A stretch of DNA of 64,000 nt. It comes from Podarcis bocagei. Lineage: Eukaryota. Within the stretch, counting starts at the first letter, position 1. Every line of letters starts with the position of its first letter. The position numbers and the translations under genes are program-made. Where the stretch lies: NCBI GenBank assembly GCA_964188305.1, contig OZ076885.1. One strand, given 5' to 3'. This document shows, one piece after another, positions 50,471 through 63,959 of this stretch. The notes under the pieces are model-generated. The model was not told where the DNA came from. It searched no databases and saw only the letters and a program-made list of their open reading frames with translations.

Positions 50471-51158
50471 TAGTTCTGAATTAGTGTGTATAAAAATTAG
50501 TCTGAATTAGTGTGTGTAGGACTGAATTAGTGTGTATAAAAACATGGCCTAGTATTTATTTAATACTCTGGCCTTTGATGCTTGAGATGTATATTTTTAA
50601 GACCAATTTTATTTCTGTGATTGTAAGTTGTTTTAAGCAGTTATTAATATTGTGTTTAAATTGTTGTGTAACCTTCCCTGGTACCTTAAGTGTGAAGGGC
50701 AAGTAATTAATAATAATTAATAATTAATAATTGGAAGGCTTCGTTGAGCTGACTTTTAAGAAGTGGCATTCGAATGATTATTCCCAGTGAGTGGGGTGAG
50801 ACTGATACCTTCTTAAGGGTGTAACTTCACAATATAAGAAAAATGGAGTTTCTGGCGCCTCCAAGATCTCACTTGTCCTGAAATCATTACATTGTGTAGT
50901 TTCCCTCCCATTCCCATGTCAGCAGACAGTGATGTGGAGCAGGGCTGAGAGATGTTCAGCATAATGCTGCCCACGAGTTAAGCTCTTCGATTCATAACCT
51001 GTTGTAAAACTTATCTCAAAGCTATGGTTTGGGGCTGCAGCTGTGTGCATCTTAAGTGGGCAAAACTGACCCCAGTTTTGCATGGATAGCTTTGTTCTGT
51101 TTCTTTTCCTTAGAGTCTCTTGGGCAGGACAGAATATTCCCATGCTACACTTAACTAT

Positions 51159-51521
51159 TGGACGCAGGTGGCGCTGTGGTCTAAACCACTGAGCCTAGGG
51201 CTTGCCAATCAGAAGGTTGGTGGTTTAAATCCCCGCGACGGGTGAGCTCCCGTTGCTCGGTCCCTGCTCCTGCCAACCTAGCAGTTTGAAAGCACGTCAA
51301 AGTGCAAGTAGATAAATAGGTACCGCTCCGGCGGGAAGGTAAACAGCGTTTCCGTGTGCTGCTCTGGTTCGCGAGAAGTGGCTTTGTCATGCTGGCCACA
51401 TGACCTGGAAGCTGTCTGCGGACAAACGCCGGCTCCCTCGGCCAATAAAGCGAGATGAGCGCTGCAATCCCAGAGTCATCCGCGACTGGAATTAACAGTC
51501 AAGGGTCCCTTTACCTTTTTA
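51159..51521 (+). mobile_element. Sauria SINE
   Basis: Full body; TACACTTA(A/G)CTAT flanking repeats. Confidence 0.92.
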
Positions 51522-51973
51522 CACTTAGCTATGTTTTCCTGACCTATGCTAGCTGGCACATGAATTTCCGACCTTGCACTAGCAGTCCTACGCTGCCTCG
51601 CTTGATGAAATTGTTCTGGGCCTGCTCTAGAATTATGGTGAAAGGAAGCTATACTGGTGTTTCGGGAAGAGATCACACAGCACAAAACAGTTCTAGAGTT
51701 TGCACGAGTTTGGTAGGACTCTGGTTCATCTGCAGTTTACTAATGCAGAAGTCACTTCTGACTAAGTGATCCAGTTTGCCCTGTCATCCTCTATCGGGGA
51801 AAACAACCGGCTTAAAACAGTAACTATGGAAATTGTGATGTCAATTGTGTTGGTGGTTGCTCCATATTTAAGGTGTTTTGTTTTGTTTTCCGGATGGCTG
51901 TCTTGTCAGCTAAGCCTGATGGTGAGTTAAGCCATAGCTGTTCCCAATATGAATCTGCAATTGTATAGGAATA

Positions 51974-52378
51974 CAGTGGTGCCTCGCACGACGAAAAGAA
52001 TCCGTTCTGTGATTCTCTTCGTCTAGCGGTTTTTTTTCGTCTTGCGAAGCAAGCCCATTGAAGGATTAGCGCTATTAGAGGCTTTTAGAGGCTTTTAGCG
52101 GCTTATCTGCTGATCGGATCAGCTGATAAGCGGCTTAGCGCTATTAGCGGCTTTTAGCTGCTTTTAGCGGCTTATCTGCTGATCGGATCAGCTGATAAGC
52201 GGCTTAGCGGCTTAGATAAAGGGGGGAGGGGGAAAAACCGCAGGAACTCGCAAGACATTTTCGTCTTGCGAAGCAAGCCCATAGGAGATTCGTTTTGCGA
52301 AGCACCTCCAAAACGGAAAACTCTTTCGTCTAGCGAGTTTTCCGTCTTGCGAGGCATTTGTCTTGCGGGGTACCACTG
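51974..52378. mobile_element. Tigger-like MITE
   Basis: TIRs with TA TSD; internal (TAGCGGCT)n expansion. Confidence 0.92.
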
Positions 52379-53293
52379 TATTCAGTTGAATAGGAGAACA
52401 AATGAGGAATTTGTTGCAGCTGCCCCTCCTGTCTTCCCCCAACCTGCACTTGTGTGCTCTTCTGTGCACTCACATCTTCTCCCTGCTTCTCTTTTCCTTC
52501 CCCCTTCCCTTTTCTGTGAGTGTCAGCAGGTGACAGAATGCTGTAAGGGGTGCTATCCTGTGAGCTGTTACACAGCCTGACCGCTTGGCGGTGAGGGCAC
52601 TTGAAGGGATGAGGAACTGATCCTGCTCAACTTCCCCAATTCCTGAAGATAGTGGAAGGCAGGGGGAGGAAACTGGGATCAGAGTTCCCTGCTCTGGCAG
52701 GCTGAGTGAGGACTTGTGCCTCTGTTCCATCCTCTGTTCCTGAGCACACAAAGGAGCAGCACAACTTCTCAGACAACTCGTGTGCTGGGTTTTTCTTGGG
52801 GGTGGGGCAGGTGTTAGAGGAGCCAACCCCTTATCTTTGTCTAAAGAGAGCTTGAAACTTTACCATCTTATAGCTTGCAGAACTTCCCTTTTATGTGTGT
52901 ATCTGAACTTTAGAGAGATTTATATAGGCTCTCTTAAGAGGATTATTTAGATTTATTTGAGGTACATACATGCTGCCTTTCAGGGGAAGCCCTCATAGCC
53001 CACCTCCCAAATAGCTTATTCAAAAGTTCCAGGAGGAACGTCCACATATCTCTTGGTGCTTCTGGCCACTGCAAAGTATGTGGGTACTTTCAGTTGTTTC
53101 AGGAGGCTTTGAAGACCTGCCTCTTTCAGGTGGGCCTATGCATACGAGCGGCATTCTTGGCTGAGTTGCATGCTTGGTTTTTAGCTGTTTATTATACTGG
53201 ATAATTAATTAATTAATTGATTAATTAATTAATTGTGGAGGGATTGCAGTAGTGTTTGTCTTCTGTATTATTGATAATTGTATTAGCACTTTT

Positions 53294-54195
53294 AGAATCA
53301 TAGAATCCTAGAGTTGGAAGAGACCACAAGGGCCATCGAGTCCAACCCCCCGCCAAGCAGGAAACACCATCAGAGCACTCCTGACATATGGTTGTCAAGC
53401 CTCTGCTTAAAGACCTCCAAAGAAGGAGACTCCGCCACACTCCTTGGCAGCAAATTCCACTGTCGAACAGCTCTTACTGTCAGGAAGTTCTTCCTAATGT
53501 TTAGGTGGAATCTTCTTTCTTGTACATTGGTGCCTCGCAAGACGAAAATAATCTGTTCCGCAAGTCTCTTCGTCTAGCGGTTTTTTCATCTTGCGAAGCA
53601 ACCCTATTAGCGGCTTAGCGGATTAGCGCTATTAGCGGTTTAGCAGCTATTAAAGGCTTAGTGGCTTAGCGGCTTAGAAAAAGGGGGGGAAGCGAAAAAA
53701 ATCGCAAGACTCGCAAGACGTTTTCGTCTTCCAAAGCAAGCCCATAGGGAAATTCGTCTTGCGAAGCGCATCGAAAAACGGAAAACCCTTTCGTCTAGTG
53801 GGTTTTTCGTCTTGCGAGGCATTCGTCTTGCGGGGCACCACTGTAGTTTGGATCCATTGCTCCGTGTCCGCTTCTCTGGAGCAGCAGAAAACAACCTTTC
53901 TCCCTCCTCTATGTGACATCCTTTTATATATTTGAACATGGCTATCATATCACCCCTTAACCTCCTCTTCTCCAGGCTAAACATGCCCAGCTCCCTTAGC
54001 TGTTCCTCATAAGGCATCGTTTCCAGGCCTTTGACCATTTTGGTTGCCCTCCTCTGGACACGTTCCAGTTTGTCAGTGTCCTTCTTGAATTGTGGTGCCC
54101 AGAACTGGACACAGTACTCCAGGTGAGGTCTGACCAGAGCAGAATACAGTGGCACTATTACTTCCCTTGAGCTAGATGCTATACTCCTATTGATG
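53294..54195 (-). mobile_element. Young CR1 3' fragment interrupted by a Tigger-like MITE (53525-53843)
   Basis: Matches 3235-3816 apart from the MITE, which sits at a duplicated TA. Confidence 0.95.
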
Positions 54196-55630
54196 TATAT
54201 ATTTTAAAATGCCATGTTGAAAGAGTACCCAGAAAGGTAGCTCATAACTATTTCACCATAAGCAACTAAACTTCTATAATAAATAATTCCACCATTTGAG
54301 GCATAGTTAAGGAAAAGAACTCACACCATGTCAAAAATGGAGGGGGGAGACCTTTTTTGGGAGCAAAAGATGTATGTATGTGTATGTGGGGAGCTGAACC
54401 CTTCCCAAGTTATGCCTTAACTCCTCGCAGTTTCCCCCAGGTGCTTTTTCCTTCAGCTGAGTTTTTGTACCCAAAGGAACTCACATGTGTGAAAAACACT
54501 GAAAGAGAGGACCTGGGGGTGTTTTCTTCTGCATGCCTCCTTTGCTCTGAAACAGCAGTGAACAGCTTGCAGAACTGATAGTGCCCGCCAAGTCTCCCCA
54601 TTTGGTCTGTGGCACCACCAACCTGTCAATCCCCTGACACCATACAATGTTGGGCTTGGACCAGGTAAATCAAACAGGAAGACTTGGGAGCACACTCTGA
54701 TATATGCTATGTATTCTTCCCTTCTAGCCACTGGTAGAATTCAGTGCTTTTGGAATTTGGTGCCCTTTTCTGTCTTCTGGGAAGAATCTTCCTTTGCCAC
54801 TGCGGCTTGAAGTCACGATGGAGCTGTGAAGGAGGAAGGGAAAGAACTGAGAGTGCACTTGCAATGCACTCTTGAGTCTTCATTTGCAAGCCTCAGGTTT
54901 AAAGGTGAGTTGCATGGCATCACATGATATCAAGTGATAGACAGGTGTGCAGCCCCACCTATCTGTCAGAGGTGCACAGAGTGAAGGGGAGTTCTGGATC
55001 TGGCTGGCCGTTCCTGTAACAGGAGACTATAGCCTAAGGTAACTCAGATTGATAGATCAATCCTTGCTAACTTAAGCTACAGTTCTCTTTTGTCAGCAAC
55101 TGGGCACTATGGTCTGAATTAATCAGGATCAGGCCTACTGCCACTGTGTCTAATTTGCACCCAACTTGAAACACAAACTGGTTTCTCTGGACAGTTTTAC
55201 TGTGTTGTTCAAATAATGGACAAACTTCACTTCCTTATTGCTATGAGACAGAGTCTTACTTTTCTTCTGAATCATCTGGTTTTAGTACTTCCTCTAAAGT
55301 CATGAATGTGCTTTTTCAAAAGTGAATAATTGTTTAGCTACTCTGTTCCAATTTCTTCCCTATTTCTGAATTCACTTCTGACTGCATCATAATTTGGTAC
55401 CTCTTTTAAGCTGACTACCTGTTCCTCCTCCTAAACTGGGTCTTCTTTGGAATTTATATCCTACCCTTCAGTGTTACCACACCAGGGGACACTTTAAATA
55501 ATATAAAAGTCATCAGAATAAACTGAACTGTGAAAAGCAGAATTCTTAAGCAGCAGGATGGTAACATGCAGTGGCTTATGTTTCATTGGGGCATCACATG
55601 TGCACCTTCAATTTTCTTAGGATCCATGAA

Positions 55631-55802
55631 ATGGCCACAGATGACAAAGCATCTCCGACGTTGGACACTCTGAACGACCTGCCCTACTCTCCTGGCAGCC
55701 CGTCTCACCTTACGCACTTCAAACCTTTGACTCCTGACCAGGATGAGCCGCCATTTAAATCTGCCTATAGTTCTTTCGTGAATCTCTTTCGTTTCAGTAG
55801 AG
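55631..55802 (+). CDS. PIKFYVE: PIKFYVE first coding exon (MATDDKASPTLD...FKPLTPDQDEPPFKSAYSSFVNLFRF)
   Basis: Acceptor at 55620, ATG 55631, gtaagt donor; matches the recalled human PIKfyve N-terminus. Confidence 0.96.
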
Positions 55803-55934
55803 GTAAGTACTAACTTCCTTCCATGGCTGTACGTTGATTGATTAATAGTTATGAGTGAAGACTTGCTGCCCAAAGTGGGAACAGCCTACTCAAAGCATGC
55901 AAAAACCACATGCCATTGGGCTCATTAACATGTA

Positions 55935-56289
55935 CAGTGGTGCCTCGCAAGACGAAATTAATTCGTTCCGCGAGTTTTGTCGTCTTGCGATTTTTTTCGT
56001 CTTGCGAAGCACGGTGTCGGGAAAGTTTTGGAAAAGCTTCAAAAATCACCAAAGTCTTTAAAAACCTCAAAAAAGGCTACCACACCGCGTTCTATGAGTT
56101 GCTCCTCGAAGTCAAGTCGCAACTGTATTAACGGTGTTAAGAAAAAGGAAACAAACTTGCAAGACGTTTCCGTCTTGTGAAGCAAGCCCATAGGGAAAAT
56201 CGTCTTGCGAAGCAGCTCAAAAATCAAAAAACCCTTTCGTCTAGCGAGTTTTTTGTCTTGCGAGGCATTCATCTTGCGAGGTACCACTG
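55935..56289. mobile_element. Tigger-like MITE
   Basis: TIRs with TA TSD. Confidence 0.92.
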
Positions 56290-57236
56290 TAACACTAAAC
56301 TCACTGGTTTATTGAAACAAGCCAACTTCACACTAGCCACAGTTCCTGGTTAGCATGTAACACGAAACTGTGGTTAGATGAAAATTGAGTGAAAACTTCC
56401 AATCTCTTCACAGCAGCACCAGAGGAAGAGGGAGAGCCCATGAGCACACACAACCCTAGTATTAAGCGCAATGCAGTCATTTTAGTGCAATGTAACATGG
56501 ACTGCACATTGTTGTTGTAACCAGCCTTGTGCAGATGCCCATTTTGTGAAATGAGTGTGTTCTAGGATGGATTGATCTTGTTCCCACTGCTGCTGCCCTC
56601 TACCTCCAAGCATTCAAGCCAAAGTGGGTGACTTGTTTGCCAAAGTGGATAATCGTATCCAGTGTCTGGCTTGCACGTGCAGGTCTGGGTGCACAAATAT
56701 AGGTCCCCATGTTACTGAGCGCTGGAACTCTGAGCACGCCCCAAGACTGTGTTTGCTCTGAGCAATGGCCGTGTCATTGTGGTAGACCAACAAGAGCCCC
56801 TATGGTGGCAGATGACATTGATCCCAGGCACGAGGTTGTAATTGCCTAGTTGATCTCCAGTCCCAGTGCCATATCTAATACAAACAATGCCTGTAACTGT
56901 GTCGTTAATCATCCATTGTGAGTTAATGGGTACCAGTCAGTCAGCATATCTTTCCTTGAGTCGAACAAGTGTCTGTTCTACTATATTTATGAAGAGGCTC
57001 ACATGCGTCCTCTTTCAGGAGAGAAATGAGCATGTCACTAAAGTGAGATCTGGCAGTCAGGGGTGCCCCTGTGTCTTGCTTTAAGTCCTCAGGCAGAAGA
57101 CATAACTCTTATAACTCTGGCTGATCTAGGAAAACTCATCAGCTGTGTCTTTTGTTTAAAAAACAACACTCGTGTGTAGCCTGGACCTTTGTGAAAAGGC
57201 CTTTTCAGATTCAAGTTGAAGTTCACTCATGAAGTA

Positions 57237-57478
57237 CAGCGGTACCTCGGGTTACATACGCTTCAGGTTACATATGCTTCAGGTTACAGGCTCTGCTAAC
57301 CCAGAAATAGTACCTCGGGTTAAGAACTTTGCTTCAGGATGAGAACAGAAATTGTGCTCCGGCGGCACGGCAGCAGCAGGAGGCCCCATTAGCTAAAGTG
57401 GTGCTTCAGGTTAAGAACAGTTTCAGGTTAAGTATGGGCCTCCGGAATGAATTAAGTACTTAACCCGAGGTACCACTG
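57237..57478. mobile_element. Tigger-like MITE, third family
   Basis: TA|CAGCGGTACCTCGGGTTA...TAACCCGAGGTACCACTG|TA. Confidence 0.88.
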
Positions 57479-58930
57479 TATTCTATAATCGAGTGTATGT
57501 TGCACCCACAATTTGTTCAGCTTTGGGGGATTTTCACCCAAAGGTACTCCACACTGCCTTTTTTTGCCTCCTCAGATGTTGAACCCCCCAGTGGTTGACT
57601 GTGGAGCTGGAGTCTCTGTTTAACTTTAGCTAGAGCTTCTCCTTGTCACCTCTTTCCTCATTCCCCTGATTTCTCAACCGTGTTGGTTATTTCGCTCAGC
57701 CAGTGCCGTTCTAAAGAGAAAAGTTTTTTATTTTTAGACTGGAATAAGGAGGTTCAATGGAACCCAAAATAAGATTAAAAGTGGAGTAACTTGAAGAAGT
57801 AGGTGAAGTGGCTTATCCTTTTTGAGAGTATTGGTGGATGAAAAGAATCATGGTCTGGGAAGGCAGCGAATGAGCATCTCCTTTGGTTAAGAGACCTGGT
57901 CTGGCCTAACAATGCAAAAGAAATTCTCACTGTCCTAATTTTTTGTTTAATAAAGTGAGTCACATGTTGTGCTTTTTCCTCCAAGTATGACCAACCCCAG
58001 TCAACAGTAAGCTTCCAGGTTGTGATGATAATTCTTGTAGGCATGAGAAACAAGTGGCCAAAGAAGGAGGGCCTCCCAGACCAAAGGAACTGGGAGGTAC
58101 TGAAGCCAAGAACTAGTTCCTCATTGCTTCGTAACTTGTGGGTTGTGATCCCCCAACACCTGAATTTATAGCTATAAGCTGCCTAGAATGCCATTGGCCT
58201 AGAACTTCCTGCTGGAAGGTCTGATGTGTCTTTGCACCCTGTGGAGGTTTGGCTCTGAAACTGGGGCTTGGTACTAGCAGTTATGAGAGGCAGGGGGCAG
58301 ACCTACTGCTCTTGCTAGATGCAGTTTGTAGTTCCATGATTCCTTTCCCCTGTTACTTAAAGTGATGGACGGTGGTAATTGTTGGGAGCAGAGTGAGGGG
58401 ACTGTTTCCTTGGAACTGTCTTTGAAGAACCATAAATAAGGTTTGGTCCTGATTTTCTTCTCTCTTTTGCTAATAAGAGTTGTAGGTGAGTGCTGGCAGC
58501 CTAAGCACTGTTTGTGCTGGCAATATATAACAGGCTGCTGGCCTATGATAAGTTTTTAAAGAGGTAAGCCCAGTGGGACTTATTTCGGGAGGTGGGGAAT
58601 GCAGAAGATTGGGCTGCCAAAGAGTTCTTTCTTTAGATCTAAGTCTTTCACTATGACTCAGTGTGGGAACTGTGTTTCTAGAGAGATTTATGAGAAATCT
58701 GGTAAACACTGGTATACTAGAGAAGAGGCTGTAAAATAACGACATTTCTGTTTTGTGTATATTTTGTACACACACCTATTCACCAGGTGGGACGATCTTT
58801 CCCAGGTTCATAAGTCATGGCTTATGTGTGAACAAATGCTAGTGTCTGATTTATTTGAGAATAATATAAAAAGGTAGTTTTCCAGTTCACATATCTCCAC
58901 ATTGATTAGACTAACACTTCCTCTTTCTAG

Positions 58931-59116
58931 ACGATGGTCGTCTTGCTTCCTCCGTGGAGAGAGCAGAGACAGGACAGGGTGATCAACAGACGCTGAATGC
59001 AAGTTGGTCAAGTCCGCAACATACTTTGAGGTCGCAGTCGCTAAGGTCGTCACCGGTACCTTACAAAAAACCCCAGCCCTCTGGGGAGTTGCAGAGAAGA
59101 TCTTCAGCGTCTTTAG
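58931..59116 (+). CDS. PIKFYVE: PIKFYVE second coding exon (DDGRLASSVERAETGQG...PYKKPQPSGELQRRSSASL)
   Basis: ttctag acceptor, gtaaga donor, 186 nt, phase 1-1; matches human 'ERAEGGQG...PYKKQLNEELQRRSS'. Confidence 0.92.
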
Positions 59117-60662
59117 GTAAGAGATAAGAGTTTGAAAAGAGGTGGTCTGTTCTTTATGGGGCTTTGACATTTTCCAAGCCCCATTCAGTTCAAGAGATGC
59201 TTCCAAGGAATCTTCTAACACAGTTCTTGCTTTAAAAAACTACACACTCCTAGATTTGGCAATGTGAAAACTCAGTTTTTCTGTGTGTGTGTTTGGGTGT
59301 TTTTTTTAAAATTCATCTAAGCAAGAAGGAAAATCTGCATGTGTTTCCTGCTGCTTTATTTTGTTACCCTACTTGGGATTTCTAATGTATACATTTATGG
59401 AATTTCTAATGCCATCCTTTTTGTTGGGAATGTGGAAAACAGGAGGGAAGTACGTATGTGAGAGCAGATGGACGAATGTCTGTCCATGGTGACTTGCTTA
59501 CCTTTGTGCCCACTGAAAAGTCCTACTTTCCAGACCTCTTTTCCATTCTTGGTGCAAAGCCAGAAGAACACATGAAGACTTGCATTTTCCCACCTTATTA
59601 TGTTTCGAAGCAATGAAAACATGGTTTTTAAAAAAGATAACTTCCAGCGATCTGCAGAGTGGGGGATGGTGCAATTTGAGTCTGGGGCCATGAACCCTTA
59701 AAAGCGTTATCAAATGATACGTAAATCGCTGGCTCCTGTGCGCGGTCCTGAAGCCCTGATGTGGGCAGTCAGATCCCCCATTCCTTGTTACTGCCTCCAG
59801 TAGATGTGAACAAAACCCTGGTGTACAAGATTCAGCTGGCATTCCAAGGTCGCATAACAGGGCTGTGACCTAAGTAGATTAGATTTCAGCTGTGCCCAAG
59901 TCTAAAAGTCCAAACAGTTATTTGAAATGAAATGCCCTCTGTTCTGTTAGGAATCATTTTCAGGGAGAGACTTGAGAGCTGAGGCAAAACTACCGGTACA
60001 TGTTACACTGAGAGGTCTGTGATTAACGCTCTCACTTCTGTTGAATCAGATGGTCCCACAGGAGTAGGGTAGTGCGTGCTCATTTGTTTGGGGCAATAGC
60101 ATGGGGCCATTTAACCCTGGCCTTACACCATTTCCTGTTATACAATGCCCCCCCATAAGTTGCTCTTTGCTTTGGAAAGAGGAATACAAGCACCTTTCCC
60201 CTCCTGCAAAGCAAATATCCCCTGGGAGAGCATTTACATTGGGGGAAATGGTCGATGTGGGACGGGGTTAAATCCTGCTTTCCTGATCCTAGTAGCAATG
60301 GGAAGCTGGCTAAACTCGGTACAAAAAATATCAGGCCATTAGTTTTTGTTTAACTTAGCCACAGAAAGCTGGAGTTGTTAGCTTTTCCAGCATTTCAGAT
60401 CGTCAGGCCTAGACTTATAACTAACTGCTGAAAAATATTGAAGAGCAGAATCAGGCTGCGCTCCTCTTGGGACAGATAGCCTCCAGGGGGCACTCATGTC
60501 AATTGGATGCGCTGGTTTCTTTTCCTTGTCTCCAAGAGCGTTTACAGCGATCAACATTAGCCTGTCTTGGATAAAAAGTGCTTAACCCCAGTAGGAAATA
60601 ATGAAGAAGATCATTCTGCATACATAGACCAGGTTTCTCTGATTTCAGAACAGAGAAAGCAA

Positions 60663-61133
60663 TAAGGACACTGACAAACTGGAACGTGTCCAGAGGAGGG
60701 CAACCAAAATGGTCAAAGGCCTGGAAACGATGCCTTATGAGGAACGGCTAAGGGAGCTGGGCATGTTTAGCCTGGAGAAGAGGAGGTTAAGGGGTGATAT
60801 GATAGCCATGTTCAAATATATAAAAGGATGTCACATAGAGGAGGGAGAAAGGTTGTTTTCTGCTGCTCCAGAGAAGCGGACACGGAGCAATGGATCCAAA
60901 CTACAAGAAAGAAGATTCCACCTAAACATTAGGAAGAACTTCCTGACAGTAAGAGCTGTTCGACAGTGGAATTTGCTGCCAAGGAGTGTGGTGGAGTCTC
61001 CTACTTTGGAGGTCTTTAAGCAGAGGCTTGACAACCATATGTCAGGAGTGCTCTGATGGTGTTTCCTGCTTGGCAGGGGGTTGGACTCGATGGCCCTTGT
61101 GGTCTCTTCCAACTATATGATTCTATGATTCTA
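60663..61133 (+). mobile_element. Young CR1 3' fragment
   Basis: ORF 60709-61056; (ATTCTATG)n tail. Confidence 0.95.
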
Positions 61134-62608
61134 AGGGGGAAGTTATTTTAAGCCTACTGAGACTTCTCTTTAATACAAGATGCATTTGCATAGGCTACAG
61201 CTACTTTGGCAGACTTTAGATGTTCAAGTGCAAGGAGCAAGGAGCACAAGAAACGCTTAACACTATTCTTATTCTCAAAGGGGCAGCAAGGGCCAAGATT
61301 CTGAGGGCACTCTTGCATCCATCTACGTTGCTAGAGGGCCAGGTGACGCCAATGGCTGGGGGTGCCTTTTGCCAGCTTTGGTTGGCAAGACAGCTGCGAC
61401 TGTTTCTGGATCAGAAAATCCAGACCATTGTTCTCTTATTTGCTGGCACCCTCCAGAATGGATTGCAATGCTGTCCTCGTGGCTGACCTGGAAGGTGCAG
61501 CTAGCAGAAAATGCAGCATCTCAACTGCTCCCTTGGGCAGACTATCACTGTCATAGTAGGTCACCGCTGAGAAAATTGCACTGGCTGCCAGTTAGCTTCT
61601 AGATAAAACATTCATGTTGCACATATTGGTGTACAAAGTCCCATACAATTGGAGACCAGAAAACACGTAATGGGTAGGCCACAGATAGTGGTGGAGTTTT
61701 CTAGAAATCTTTCTGTCAAGCTTATGCATGCAGTTTCCCCCTCTTAATTACTGTCTCAATCTTTAATTTCTATGAGATGGAAGTTGTCCCCTTTCCCCCC
61801 TGTTTCACTAAAAACGTGAGCGATTGCTATGTTACCGTTCACATAAATTATACACATACTTCAGGATTTCTAAAGTAAACAGCACATATTATATTATAGT
61901 GTATGTAACTGTATAAAAAACAAATGTATTAATATAAAACTTCACTGTAAGAATAGCACAGCATGCGGCTTGACTCTCTTATATCTATAATACGGAGTGG
62001 GTGTATTTTGCATATAATTTTAATATAATTAGTTGGGCTTTTAAAACCCCCCGATGATGCACGAGTGGCTTAGACGCAAGCAGGCGCTTGATACAAGGGG
62101 AAGTCTAATGCAAGCAAAGATCAGTCAGTTTTGGACAGTCAAGTTCTGTGTATAAATCTGGTTAAAATGGATTCCTCACCCCCAGCCATAAGTTTCCCAG
62201 CCCTATTAGCGTTGTGCCAATATTTTGCTTGCTTTTAAAAAATCCATCCATGTGAGGGATCAGCAAAAGTAAATAATATGTGACCTTTGGGGGGGGGATT
62301 GTGTGTGAATGGTCATGAGAGGTTTTGCCTATTGTTCTTCCTCTAAAATCATTGACCTTAAATAACCTCTTCGCTTCTTTAATAAAACAGTCTCTGGAGA
62401 CCTTCAGTGCTGGTCTCCTTGGGGAAACCTCTGGAGATGATCTTGCAGGCAAGCGTTCCAAGAAGCTGGCTCAGAAGCTGATGCAAAGTTGCTGTGATTT
62501 TTTCCAAATAATAATATAATATATGCACCAATCACCCACCTTGTAGTGATTTTAAGGTCAGAGCAGCAAGCAAGCTTTTCTCTCCCATACACATGAACAA
62601 GAAAGTTG

Positions 62609-62610
<2 letters not shown>

Positions 62611-62649
<39 letters not shown>
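62611..62649. repeat. (GT)n microsatellite
   Basis: Read directly. Confidence 0.95.
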
Positions 62650-62651
<2 letters not shown>

Positions 62652-63959
62652 GTGGAGGGACCTCTTTTGCCAGTAGCAAATACATTGGTGAAATGCAGGG
62701 ACAGGGAGACGAGGATTTGGCACCCTACAATCTGAAATCTGTCTCTTGCTGCATTTGAAGCAGCAGTGTTGTTAATACTTCAGGTAGGATTCCCCTGATC
62801 TGTCTCTGAACAGCTCTTGAGAACTCTGCTCAAGTTCTCCATGAGGATTGGGGTGTGCAAAACAAATGATAAGTTCCACAGAGTGGGAGCCAGATGGGTT
62901 TGCGCTATAGCATAAAGGCAGTTTTGTGAAAGCTCAGTTACATGGCGGGAGAGATCTGCTTCCGGGCTCTGCCATTTCAGACTGCAGATGGAGGCCCACA
63001 AGACTGGATGCTCCTCCATGCAAGAAGTATTCGTTGGTCACTGAAAACTGACATGTTGTGGCAGCAGGAGGCTAGCCCTCTCTGGCATACTCAAAGCTCA
63101 GGGATTTAGCGTGCAGAGATTTGTTTTAAATGGAGCCATCCAGTCGTGCAAGCCCCAACCTGCATCCTGGTACAGTCCAGGAACAGTGGTCCGCCCCTCA
63201 GTGCAAACTAGGTGATGGGGAGCAGAACTTTTCAGTGCAATGCTTGGCTGTAATAAGAGCCTAGAGGCAGAGTAGCTGCATTCAAGCTTAACTACAGGTC
63301 ATGATTTGTTGAGCAAGCCAGGAGGCAGCTTGCAATTTCTTTGCTCATCTGTGGTTTGCTTCACTTGGTTTGTCTCTTCCCACCCCCTTCTCTGTGAATA
63401 CTTGGACTGCTACCCAAATGCCTGTGTGGCACTTGAAGACTGGCACGGCCACCTCATGTCACCAGTTCTCATGCTATTGGTTGGCTGCAGACATGGGGCG
63501 GGGGAACAGCAGTGATCTCCTCCTCTGAACTCTTCATCTGTTCTCAGCAAGCGCAAGCCAATCACAGTCCTAAAGCTTCCCTCCTCCTCCGTATTTCTAG
63601 ATGTGGTGGGTAGAAACTTGCTGGCTTTGTTTCCTAACCCCTTGATCCCAAACCTCCTGAACAAAAGGATCTCTCGCTGCAAGACTCTGCCTGCAATTTC
63701 ATGGTGTGTTTTTTTCTAGTATCCCCCAAAGGCGAAGGGAGTGGTGAAAGCTCTCTGTTAGATTCTCAAATCTCTGAGACAAATCCCCCGCCCTTTCCTG
63801 TCTTCAGCCCTCACTGCCTCCCAGCCTCCAGCCCAAGCCTAAATGGATTTTGTCATCTCTTCCTATCAGTTCACCCAGCAAACCCATATGACTGGCACGA
63901 ATCCCTAACCTGGTTATCATCACCCATCTCCCTAGCTGTAAGAGGTGTAAAATGCACTT

